A stretch of 59,883 bases of DNA, filler included, from Thelocarpon superellum (lineage: Eukaryota), in the NCBI GenBank assembly GCA_026025795.1. It is 2 parts of 2 records of this genome, joined end to end, with 100 filler letters (N's around TTAATTAATTAA, not from the genome) between each part and the next. Parts side by side here need not be neighbours in the genome. Positions count along the whole stretch, not along the records: positions 30,011 to 59,883 come from JAPEUG010000212.1; 1 more part is not named here. The stretch is one strand, 5' to 3'. The notes beneath the pieces were generated by a model. It worked only from the letters and a program-made list of their open reading frames with translations, ran no database searches and was not told where the DNA came from. The translations under genes were made by a program, and so were the position numbers. This document shows, in pieces, positions 46,049 through 57,400 of this stretch. Position 1 is the stretch's first letter; every line of letters starts with the position of its first letter.

Positions 46049-47241
46049 ATGGTTGGTGAGCCCGTCGTTGGCGTTGGCACTGTTCCTGACCGGTGGCAGA
46101 CCTCGTCAACCGCCTCGACCACTACCCCTTCGCGGCATCCCTTCGAACGACGCGTGGATGATGTCAAGCCATCAAAAGCGTGAGTGTCTACTTTGTTCTT
46201 TGGTGATCTCATCTGGCTCCATATGATGCATCTATGTACAAGTTGGGAATCTCTCTGAATTCAACTGAGGATAACACGTTAACTTGATCTACTGACTTGA
46301 TCCTGTCTTCGCTGGGACCAATCTTTGCTTTCGCCGGATCGTGCCCGGCTGACCGTCGCGGACCATCTACAGTGACATCAACTTCGTGATCATGGATTAC
46401 CTCATCAACGAAGGGTATCCCTCCGCCGCAAGAAAGTTTGCGTTTGAGGCCAATATCCCCACCACGGAGGATCTCACGTCAATACAAGAGCGGGTGGAGA
46501 TTCGCAATGCCATTCATGGCGGCGATATCCAGACGGCCATTGAGAAGATCAATGAGTTGAACCATCAGGTATGCTCTCCTTTGTCGGTGCCCCCAGTGTC
46601 GAGTCATTTTGCGATGATTATCATCTGTTTCATGCACCACACATAGCTCCTTCGGGACAGTGATGATCATCAAACCTTCAGTCTTCAGTATGAGCAATAG
46701 TTTGGACTCTTTGCGAATCGGACCGGGTCAGCGTCGGAGGTAGATTCTAACGCTTCCGCCCTAGATCCTGGACAACAGTCCACCTCTTCACTTCGCCTTA
46801 CTACGCCTCCAGCTCGTCGAGCTGATCCGACGCTGTACCTCATCGCCCAGCGGCGACATCACACCGGCACTCACGTTCGCGACGCAGCAGCTCGCCCCAC
46901 GAGCGCCGACCAACCCGGAGTTCCTCGAGGATCTCGAGCGGACCATGGCCCTCCTCATCTTCCCGCCAGACAATCTAGCGCCACCACTGAAAGCGTTGCT
47001 GGATCCACACCTGCGCAAGACCGTGGCCAACATGGTCAATGAGGCCATCTTGATCAACCAGGGAGCACGGCGGGAGGCCAGGATCCGCAGCCTCGTTCGC
47101 CTGCGGACGTGGGCCGAACAGAAGGCGAGGGAGCAGAAGAAGGACCTGCCGGCTCAGATCCGCATTGGCCTCGACCTTGATTACGAGAGCGGGGTGTCGC
47201 AAGACACGGTGATGCAGGAGATCAATGGAAACAATGGATAG
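46049..47241 (+). CDS. GID8: GID/CTLH complex subunit Gid8 (LisH-CTLH-CRA); about 4 exons; snoRNA host gene
   Basis: HPFERRVDDVKPSK|ADINFVIMDYLINEGYPSAARKFA...RVEIRNAIHGGDIQTAIEKINE|ILDNSPPLHFALLRLQLVELIR...FLEDLERTMALLIF. Confidence 0.9.
46218..46300 (+). ncRNA. Intronic box C/D snoRNA, SNORD79(U79)-like guide
   Basis: Lies in GID8 intron 46180-46372. Box C ATGATG (46223), guide TGGGAATCTC complementary to the conserved LSU rRNA GAGAUUCCCA, D' CTGA (46255), C' TGAGGA (46266), second guide ACTTGATCT, D CTGA (46292). Confidence 0.8.
46608..46698 (+). ncRNA. Intronic box C/D snoRNA, snR40/U32-like guide
   Basis: Lies in GID8 intron 46569-46764. Variant box C GCGATGA (46611), guide CATGCACCAC complementary to SSU rRNA GUGGUGCAUG, C' GTGATGA (46660), guide CTTCAGTCTTCA complementary to LSU rRNA UGAAGACUGAAG, variant D ATGA (46690), TTGC/GCAA ends. 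Confidence 0.75.
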
Positions 47242-47445
47242 GAGGCGATCTAAGTGATCTCCTGGGGGTTACGATAGCGATGACGTGCAAAAGCTTCTCG
47301 GATCCGATGAGCGGCGTTCCTGGGCGCTATTGGGTTCGCAGCGATCGATATGATTGACCATGTGACGCGTACTAAGAACACTCACTCTCTGGCCCGGAGG
47401 TATATGGGATGTGGGCCTTACGTCAGCCCCAGCACACATTCTAGG

Positions 47446-48148
47446 TCACTGGGTCAAGTGGATGGTTGCACTGAATGGACGGATACCTGTATGCAGATGC
47501 GCTCCTATGAGTCGCTTGAACAGCGGTTGTACGCAAAGAGCCACGTTGGTGACCTGTCGGGCAAATTCAGATCCTGCCCTCTCCCAGTTGTTCGACCCCG
47601 GAAGCGCGCATCTCCCGGCCTTTGTCCATTCTGGAGCTCGTCTCCAATCGATGTACCACCTTCGTGAGAAGATGAACATGAGCGTGGCGAACTTTGCCTC
47701 GAGACATGCAGCCAGACCTACGATGAACGCATTCCAGGTCGAGTCTCCACTCCCGGTGAGGAAAGCAATGAGGCAGATGGCGATGGACGGAAAAGCGACG
47801 CAACCATTTCGTAAAAGGTACCAGATGTTCCTATACTGAAAAGGTCAGGTGGAGGTGACATGAGGTCAAAGGCACTTACGCGGCCCCATCAGGAGCTTTG
47901 GATGGTCAGATACAGAGTCCGTCCAGTGACCCCATAGTTTTCGTAGAGATCTTGCCCCCAGCAAAGGTACAGGGCTGGGCCATGCACTAGCAGCTGGCGG
48001 GCACGTTCCTGGCTTCCTGCCTCGATGTAGTCTAGGTTGCATAGAAGAAGGTTACCAAGAAGTCTTTGACTTCATCAGGCCCCGCATCGTATGGTGGGGC
48101 AGAGGGTGGTGGTGGGCGTGAGCGTCCTGCGTCATTAGATTGGGGCAT
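47446..48148 (-). pseudogene. Decayed two-exon gene for a small membrane protein
   Basis: MPQSND...PPYDAGPDEVKDFLVTFF / NLDYIEAGSQERARQLLVHGPALYL / QDLYENYGVTGRTLYLTIQSS*WGR needs two frameshifts and has an in-frame stop. An intact GTAAGT...CTGAC...CAG intron leads to an exon with two hydrophobic segments. Confidence 0.5.
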
Positions 48149-48588
48149 AGGGTGGTGATGGGCGATTTTCCGGCTCTGTCAGTGGTAATGCGAGTGTCTC
48201 CTCATCTATCGTAGAGGACAATGTGGTAGCAGGGCAAGATCCAGATCCAGATCCAGAGACGTCTGTAGGAGCAAGTCGATGGGGGAAGTCAAGTTGGTAG
48301 CCTACGAAAAACTGCGGTTTTATACGTTAGTTTACGCGCCCCCACCGTACGAAGGACTATCGCAGCAGAGAAGAGGACGCCCATTGAGCTTGGACGCACC
48401 CTATACTTACGACTTTGAATAGCTAGGCTCACATAATCGCAAGTACTCCAGACAGCCAACTCCACTTCGCAGGGGAGCTCTCATCAACCGTGCTCGATTA
48501 CAGGAGACCGCCTAATAGCTGTGCTCCGTCAGTGGGAGAATCCCCGGTAGCTGCGCTCGTGTGTGCCCTACGTGACATGATGGTCCCC

Positions 48589-48613
48589 GCGGCTCCTCGC
48601 TTAGAGGAGCCGC
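48589..48613. repeat. Perfect hairpin GCGGCTCCTC-GCTTA-GAGGAGCCGC upstream of ESF1
   Basis: 10-bp perfect stem with a 5-nt loop, about 110 bp before ATG 48721. Confidence 0.7.
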
Positions 48614-48720
48614 ATCAATGTCATCAATCTTTAGAAGACATGCCAATGTAGGCACCCGAAGATATTTCGTGTCTCAATCGGACCAAATCACAGTGAGCTC
48701 TACAGCTTAATGCTTGAGCC

Positions 48721-50897
48721 ATGCCGAAACGTCCCAAGCACAAAGCCTCCATCGGGGAAACATCGAGGGCAACAGACCCAAGCAGTGGGTACTACTTGCA
48801 CGTCGCTGCGGTCCCTCAAGTCACTAATTTCTCCCAGCCGACCCACGTTTTGCAAATATCTACACCGATCCTCGCTTCCGACTCCCTAGCAAGAAGCACA
48901 CTCGCGTCTCACTCGACCACCGATTCTCACACGTACTTGAAGATGAGGACTTTTCGCGAAAAGCGACGGTCGACCGATACGGCCGCAAGCTGGTCAAAGA
49001 CACCGGGAAGAAGGAGCTGGAACGCTTCTACCGGCTCGATGACGAAGACGACCAAAGCGAGGGCGGGGAGGAAAAGAGTGCCGGGGACGATGACGAAAAA
49101 GTCACCGAGGAATTGGCCCGGGTAGAGCGACACTACGATCCGGCTCGAGACGGTGGCTTCTCGACGTCAGACGATGATTCCGCGGAAGGGGAGCTTGACG
49201 TGGACGAGAAAACGGAAGGAGGATTTCCGGACACGCAGGTCGACCAGCAAGGAGATGTTCCCCTTGGCGACGTTTCGTCCCGGCTAGCCGTGGTGAATCT
49301 GGACTGGGACAACATTCGCGCGGTGGACCTGATGGCTGTCTTTTCAAGCTTCTGTCCTCCCAGTGGCCGCGTCCTGAAGATCTCCGTCTATCCAAGCGAG
49401 TTCGGAAAGGACCGGATGGAGAGAGAGGAGACGGAGGGGCCCCCGCGAGAGATTTTTACGAATGGAAAGCCATCGGTGCATGATGAAGACGAGGACAAGG
49501 ACGAGAACAACGACGATGAGAGCGATGCGAGCGATGAGGACGAAAAGATGGAGGTCTCGCTGCTGAAAGAAGACAAGGGTGACGATTTCGACAGCTCAAA
49601 ACTGCGGCATTATCAACTAGAACGACTGCGATACTACTACGCCGTGCTGACGGCTTCATCAGCAGAGGCAGCGAAAGCACTTTACGACTCAACGGATGGA
49701 ACGGAGTACCTGACGACTGCAAACTTCTTTGATTTACGATTCATCCCGGACGACGTGTCCTTTGAATACGATCGACCGCGAGACGAATGTACGAAGATAC
49801 CGGATAACTACACACCCAACACATTTGTCACGAACGCCCTGCAGCATTCCAAGGTCAAGTTGACCTGGGACGCGGATGATGAGGCTCGGAAAGAAGTGGT
49901 CAAGAAGGCGTTTCGTGGCAGTCGGGCCGATATCGAGGAAAACGATCTCAAGGCTTATTTGGGCAGTGACAGTTCGGAAGACGAGGAGGACTCCGAAATG
50001 AAGGAGGGAGCTGGGCCCACAGCCTCCAAGAAAGAAGCAGAACGACTACGACTACGGAGTGCCCTCGGTCTCTCGGGTAGTGCATCCGCCAAGTCCACAG
50101 AGAAGAAGGCACCAGGAGGATCAGTGGGAGACATGCAAATCACCTTCACATCCGGGCTGTCCAACACAGAGAAACGGTCGGTCTTTGAAAATGATCCCCA
50201 AAAAGAGGAGACGACAGCAGAGAAGTACGTCCGACGAGAACGAGAGCGCAAGCGGCGTCGAAAGGAGAAGCTGAAGTCGGGGACGGGTGAGGCTCCGGAG
50301 TCGATGGCGGAATCCAAAGAGGGCAACGGAGGGGAGGGAGATGGCAATGGGGCGGAAGATCTAGGTTTCGACGACCCATTCTTTGACAACCCCACAGCAA
50401 GCAAGGCCAAGGGCAGCAGCTCGCGCAAAGAGAGGAAAACCAAAGCCAGCGAAGAAGACACAGATGCAGCAGCACGATCACGAGCCGAGCTCTCTCTACT
50501 GATGGTCGACGATGAAGCCAAGCAAGAACACGGTGTCTCCTCGGACGCGACGATCCCCAAGTCGGCTCATTTCTCCATGGCCGAGATCATCCGTGCAGAG
50601 AAAGAGGCATCGAAGCGGAAGAGTCAGAGCAAGGCCAAGAAACGGAAGCGGATCTTTTCCGAGGGCGAGGTAGCTGCGGCGGCGGAAGTTGACATCTCCG
50701 ACCCACGATTTGCGTCGGCGCTGTCGAGCCATGAATTCGCCATTGATCCGACCAATGCACGTTTCTCGGGCACGAAGACCATGCGTGGGTTACTGGAGAA
50801 GGCGAGGTCTAAGAAGGGGAAGGAGCTAGATGGGGATTGGGATCACAGCAGAGGTGAAGAGGGAAAGAAGAAGCGGAAGAAGCAGCTGGAGGGGTGA
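48721..50897 (+). CDS. ESF1: Pre-rRNA processing protein Esf1; 2 exons
   Basis: DPRFANI..DPRFRLPSKK, RLAVVNLDWDNIRAVDL, VYPSEFGKDRM, LRHYQLERLRYYYAV, FDLRFIPD, NUC153-like DPRF...HEFAIDPT. Confidence 0.95.
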
Positions 50898-51435
50898 TGG
50901 TATTGACATGAACCCGGATGAAAAGGTGGCGGACATGGCCATAACAGCCACTTTGTAGATGCCAGCTTGACATCGACGGCCGCCCAACGCGCAAGACGGC
51001 CGCTGGAAGCACGACGTCTTCCCACGAAGTGAGCATTGTATGAGATAGGCGGGTGATGTTGATCCGCGTCGTAACTGTTGCCGCTTTAGACAATAACCTA
51101 ATCACCACCAAATTGCCGTGATCCGTCGCGCGTCCTTGCCTTTCTCGCCCGCCACTAAAGCAGCACTGGGCTAAGCTATCCGCGGACCACCGATGTCATA
51201 GTCCATTCCACAATAGCTCCACGGCACTTCCACTCTCCATCGATCTTTCCATTCGTCTGCCAATCAGTCTCGTCGGTGGTTCTTCTCCGTCGCCTTCGCA
51301 TGATGCGAACGCAATTGTGGTCGAAGGCAATGATCGTGATGCCCATCGCATTTCATTGAACCCATTCCGGTGCGTCGACAACAACGTGGTCGAGCCAGCT
51401 ACCCGCCATCCCACGTCAATCCTACCGAGCTCAAA

Positions 51436-53805
51436 ATGAGCTGCTTCGCCCTCCGTCAGCGCTCCCTCGTGGCGTGGGCTCGCCCCGTCACGGCACGATC
51501 GGCCCTCCGGAAAGTAGGCACGACAACATCTCGCCCGTGCAATGCTGCTTCATCGCACTTGGTTCGTCAGAGCTCGTCGAGGACGTCGATACCTCTTCGA
51601 AGCTCAAGCATCCTCACACTTGCGTCACCCTCCGGTCGTACGGCGCTACAATGTCTTGCTCGCTCCGCTCCCGGCTCGACCGATGCGATGCGGGTCATGT
51701 CTACTACCTCCCCACCCGGCAAGCGATCGACGTTCATGCGTCTTGGGTATCGCATCCTCACCTTCACCGGTTTCTTCGTCCTGGTGTCGGGCACCTTGGT
51801 GCTCCTCTTCTTCGTCTACGACGCCAGTACCTATAACGAGACGAATACCGACGCCGATGTCCCCGTCTCGGAGATCGCCTTATCACCGCGAAAGGGCGGC
51901 CCCAAGAATCTGCCCATCGTCGACGTCCACTTGGACGATGACGATGATCCCGCCAAAGTGAAGCAGAAGGACAAGCCGAAGCTAGTCATCCTTGGGAGTG
52001 GATGGGGGGTGAGTGTCAAGGTATTCGCCATCTTGTCAGAACGGAACTGACCGGCCTCGCTAGAGTGTCGCCTTATTGAAGACGCTCAACCCAGGAGATT
52101 ATAACGTTACTGTAGTGTCGCCAGTCAAGTGAGTGCCCGACGTCTCATACCTTGCGCAGGCTAACGATCCAGCTACTTTCTCTTCACCCCCATGCTTCCC
52201 TCGGCCACGGTCGGTACGGTGGAACTGCGTTCCCTCGTCGAGCCCATTCGACGGGTGCTCGGGCGCCTCAAGGGACACTTCTTCAAGGCTGAGGCGGAAA
52301 CCATTGACTTCACCGAGAAGCTGGTCGAAATCTCTCAAGTCGATGCACGTGGTGAAAAGCAACACTTCTATCTTCCCTACGACAAGCTGGTCATTGGAGT
52401 TGGTGAGTTGTCTCACGCGCTGAAAGATGGCCAAAGATCTGAACAGACGCAGGGTCGGCGACCAACACGCATGGTGTTAAAGGACTCGAGAATTGCCACT
52501 TCCTCAAATCCATCGAGGATGCGAGGACGATCCAGTACCAAGTGCTGCAGAACCTGGAGCGTGCCTGTCTTCCCACCACCACGGACGAGGAGCGACGGCG
52601 ACTCCTGTCGTTCGTCGTGTGTGGCGGTGGGCCTACTGGGGTCGAGTTTGCTGCGGAACTGTACGACATGCTCAACGAAGACCTGGCGAGGCAATTCCCT
52701 CGGATCCTCCGGAACGAAGTCTCCGTCCACGTGATCCAGAGCCGCGGTCACATCTTGAATACGTATGATGAGGCGCTGTCTAAATACGCCGAGGTGAGGA
52801 GACGACGAGATCGCGCCTTTTCGGCCATCCGAGCTGACATGATGGTGATAGGCGCGGTTTGCTCGGGAGCAGGTCGATATCTTGACCAATTCCCGTGTCA
52901 AGGAAGTACAGCCGGATAAGATTTTGTTTACGCAAAAGGATGAGCATGGTGAGACAGTCACCAAGGAACTGTCTCTGGGATTCTGTCTTTGGTCGACCGG
53001 AGTAGGGCAAACCGAGTTTTGCCAGCGCGTCAGCAAGCAGATCGACGTGCAGACGAACAAACATGCCTTGGAGACGGACTCGCATCTCCGGCTGAATGGG
53101 GCCCCACTCGGCCAGGTGTATGCCATCGGGGATTGCTCCACGGTGCAGAACAACGTGGCCGAGCACATGGTGGCATACTTACGCACCATGGCGTGGGAGA
53201 AGGGGCTGGATCCCGAGACGATGCATCTCTCCTATCGCGACTGGCGGGACGTGGCGCAGCGGGTCAAGAAGCGCTTCCCACAGGCCTCGGATCATCTGCG
53301 GCGGCTCGACAAGCTGTTCGAGCAGTATGACATCGACAAGTCGGGCACCCTGGACTTTGGCGAGCTGAGCGAGCTGCTCCGGCAAATTGACGACAAGTTG
53401 ACCTCGCTGCCGGCCACGGCCCAACGGGCCAATCAACAGGGCGTCTATCTCGGCCGGAAGCTCTCCAAGATTGCCCAGGCGATGCCCGGACTACGGCTGA
53501 ACCAGGTCGACTACGGCGACCTCGACGATGCTGTATACAAGGCTTTTGACTACAGGCATCTGGGGTCCCTGGCATACATTGGCAACGCCGCCGTGTTTGA
53601 CTTCAACGGGCTCAACTTTCGCGGAGGACTCCTGGCCGTCTATCTCTGGCGGAGCGTGTATTTTGCGCAGAGCGTCAGCCTGCGTACGCGGATCCTCCTG
53701 GCGATGGATTGGAGCAAGCGGGCGCTGTTTGGACGAGGTGAGTGAGAACGAGCACGACGTAAGATGGTGACAGACTAACCGTTTCTAGACCTGATGAACT
53801 TCTGA
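51436..53805 (+). CDS. nde-1: External alternative (type II) NADH dehydrogenase with an EF-hand, NDE1-like; about 6 exons
   Basis: KPKLVILGSGWG, FLFTPMLPSATVGT, LPYDKLVIGVG, FVVCGGGPTGVEFAAE, VYAIGDC, EF-hand DIDKSGTLDFGEL, LPATAQRANQQG, ending LFGRDLMNF*. Confidence 0.92.
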
Positions 53806-54405
53806 GAAGGCCGCAGGGCTAGATGGGGGGGTAACGGCTTTTGAGGTTCCGTAGTCCCAGTGTGCGCCGTGTCTGTCTTCTTCGTCCCGGGAAGTGGATT
53901 CCACCATGAGCGGGTCATGAATTGTGATCGGCGGTTTATTTCGAGATGTCTCACATGTCAGCAAAGGCTGGAAGGGACATGGAGATTGAAATGAGTGGAG
54001 CCACGCTCGAGTGATTGCGAAAAGAAAGGTCTCTATGACACTCCTCTCCCACCCCATGATGCGCCCGAGGTCTCGCCAGGTTCTCCCCCCCTCTTCCTCG
54101 AAGACCGGGCTGTTGAGCTCCGGGGGAAAGGAGGGAGTGGGAGACGACGCCAATTGAAAACATACGCATCTGTAATATCAACGTACATGCAAGTATTGAA
54201 GTCCCTATCGAGATACTGACACCGGTACACGTTGCTTCGTTACGATTATATTGCTGTTGGTGGCATCTACTATTTGCTGAAGCTGTCTGCCATGATGTAT
54301 TGATGCGCTCAAATTGCTTCGCGACTTCTTCAGGATGGGATGTCAATGGAATGATGCAGACGCCACGTATCAATGCTTCGTCAATCATCAATGATCCTGT
54401 GCGCC

Positions 54406-57400
54406 TCATCCCCAGTCCTCGTCATCGGAGTCATCAGACCCTTTCTTCGCTTTGGACCCGCTGGGCTGACGTCGCTTCTTGCTGCGCACCGGCGTCTCGC
54501 TGCTGGCTTTGCGCTTGCCACGCCCGCTGCCGTTGGGCGGGCCCGGGCTACCCGCCGCCTCATCTTCGCTTGGAGTCTCGGGACGAGGATGCAGCGCCAC
54601 CTCCTCCTCATCCTCGGCTGCGACCTTGAGTTCGTGGTCGACCGACAGGAGGTCGACGAATTTACGGCACTGCGCCATCATCGTCGTCGTGTCGGCCAAG
54701 GAGGCCATGGTCTTGCTGATTTCATCCCACACCCGCTCATTCGATACGCCCGTGAACTTGATCGGGGCCTTGTTGAGGTCCTTGGCCGATCCCTTGGCCG
54801 TGGCCTCGCGATACTTGGCGCCCATGTAGCCGTACGCCCGACGTAGATAGCTGCGCGTGTCCCATGCAATGGAGAGGATCATCGTCGCCACCGTCAGCTG
54901 CCGAAGCCGAGCCGGTGAAGGCGCCGGGATCACGGGAGCCTCGAGTTCAGGCGCAGGCGGGATCAAGTCGTCCATTGCCGGCACAGTCGCGGACGAGGGG
55001 ACGAGCTCGACCTCGATAGCATGGGCAACCCCGGTACCCGTGCCGGTGACCAGGCGCTCAAGACAGCCGATGACGTGCAGGATCTCATCCACGGTGTGAT
55101 ACTCGAAAAAGGCAATGTTCTCCATCAGGAAGCGGGCATACTCCAGATGAGGGGGGACGTCGGCGTTGGCGTTCAGTTTGACCGGATCAAAGTCGGCCCG
55201 GGTGCAGAGCGAAGACAGAAACTTCTTCCGCATCTTGCCCTTGCTGATCTTCATCACGTCAAAGAGCGATCGTAATTTCGCCGTGGGTGGATGCAACGTC
55301 GCGCCATGCGCGTCGCCCACTGTCTGTCTTTGGTAGAGGAAGGCCTGCTGGACCGCCTTCAGATACTCCTTGTCTAGCACCGTCTCATGCTTCTGGTGGA
55401 GGGCCCGATGCTCTTGAAAGGCCAGGCTCGCGATGGTGGGGTGCGTCGACGTCTCGAGCGCGATGAGGACGGGACCGCATTCCTTGGGATGCAAGAGGCC
55501 CTGTCGACTGATGCTCGCAATCACCTCGACCGCGATGAGCGCGTGCGCGTCTTGCGTCGCCTTGGCGATCCGGATGATATGGGGCAAGTAGCGCTGCGCG
55601 ATGGACGACCCCACCCCGTCGTGCTGATTGCCGATCAGCGCGCCGCCCAGCCGACCGGTGCCAAACTCGTCCTCCTCGCTGTCGCCAGCCCCCGGGTCCG
55701 CCACCTTTTCCGATCGTCGCTCCTCCTGGCCCAAGAAGTCTTTGAAGCCAAGCAACACAATGTCCTCGAGCTCGCGTCGGCTCTCGGCAAACACAATGTC
55801 AAAGGCCGTGTACACCTGTTCCTGGAGGAATGAATCCGGCCAAGCGTAGCAGATGGCGCACAGGCCCTCCAGCGCCGCACTTCGGACGCGGAGCGGCTGC
55901 GACGGCCGGGTAAAGGGTGCAAGCACATCGATCATCAGTCTGGGGACCGAGTCGCCCTTCCACCACGGCAGCTCCGCGCGAAACCGAGCTACGTCGGCGC
56001 TGAAATCGCAATATTTGCCGAACAGCCCAGCGATGGTGATGTACTTGATCACCCGAAGGCTCACGTTACTACCTCCGGAATCGGCCGCGCCCAGATTAGC
56101 GTCCTTGGCGGCGTACGCGCCCTTGAGGCACGACACCGTCGCCCGCGAGAGGCGCTCGATGTTCTTTAACACGCCATTGATCGTCCAGAGACAGGGCACG
56201 ACCTCGTTCAACTCGCGCTTGCCGAGCTTCGAAAGACTCCCGAGGAGGGCTCCCTGGACCGCGAAAAGAAGATGGCTCTTGAGAGTCGAGAGGCGCGGGA
56301 GGACCCAGCGAAAGATGATGACGACTGAGCGGTAGACCTGGAGGTCGTCCGTCGTGGACAGGTGTTCCAAGTACGGCTGCAGCAACTCGAGTTGCTCACT
56401 CGTGAAGAGTCGAGGGTTGGCGCGGGCGAAGACGGTCAAGGTCCGGAGGATCTGTGGCCGTCCGAGGGCGTCCAGCTGGCCTTCATCCAAAATCTTCTCA
56501 AACATGAGCGCGACCATGCTCTTGCACACGCGAAAGTTGGCCGCCGACGATTTGGTCGCGTTCGACATCATGTTCCGGAGGAGCCATTCCAGTACCGACG
56601 CGACACTATCGCCACGCTGCACCGTCTTGACGATGAGCAGGACCTGGTCCGTGAGCGCCAGCGTAGATTGCACCGACGCGTCCGGTTCACCGGCCGGCCG
56701 ATGAAAAGGCGCGAGCCAGATCTCCTCCAACGTCAGCCGCGCAAGCTCTGACACACCCTCGTCCGTGTCGCGCGCTCGATGTAACAACGCATCGGCGATG
56801 GCGCTCTTGACGTCCCGCTTGGTATTGCGCAGGTAAATGGACTTCAGTATCTTCATCGACCGCTTCCGCACCCCAACTTGCGCATCCGTCACCCGCGCCA
56901 ACACCGACTCCCACACCTGGTCTTCAAGAGCCGGCTTCAGCGTGAGACACTTTCCAACCAATCCGACGGCCGAGTCGCGCACTAGCGGTGATGGATCGCA
57001 CGTGCGCGTCACGATCGAACGCATGACGTACGCGCCGCGATCCAAGATGGTCGGATCCTTTTCGAGCAATTGGATGACGCCCTTCATGCTCTTGCTCCGC
57101 ACCGTCGCCTGGTCGTTGTTCATCGAGTTGAGCAGGATCAACAAAATCCGTTCAAAGGCCTTACTGAAGGGCAGCTGCATCACGCTCAACGAATACGCGA
57201 GACGGCCCTGCGCCGTACTAACGTCGTCAAACTCAAACTCCTTCTCCAGCCAGGTCGGATCGGCCAGCATTTGCTTCAGCCGGAAGGCCAGACGGCCGGT
57301 GCGGGCGTCATGCGATCGATCGCCGGCCTCTTCGTCGTGCAGCGGGAAGGCGGAGGAGACGAGATAGGCCCACAAGGTGATGGAGTATCCACGCGCGCTG

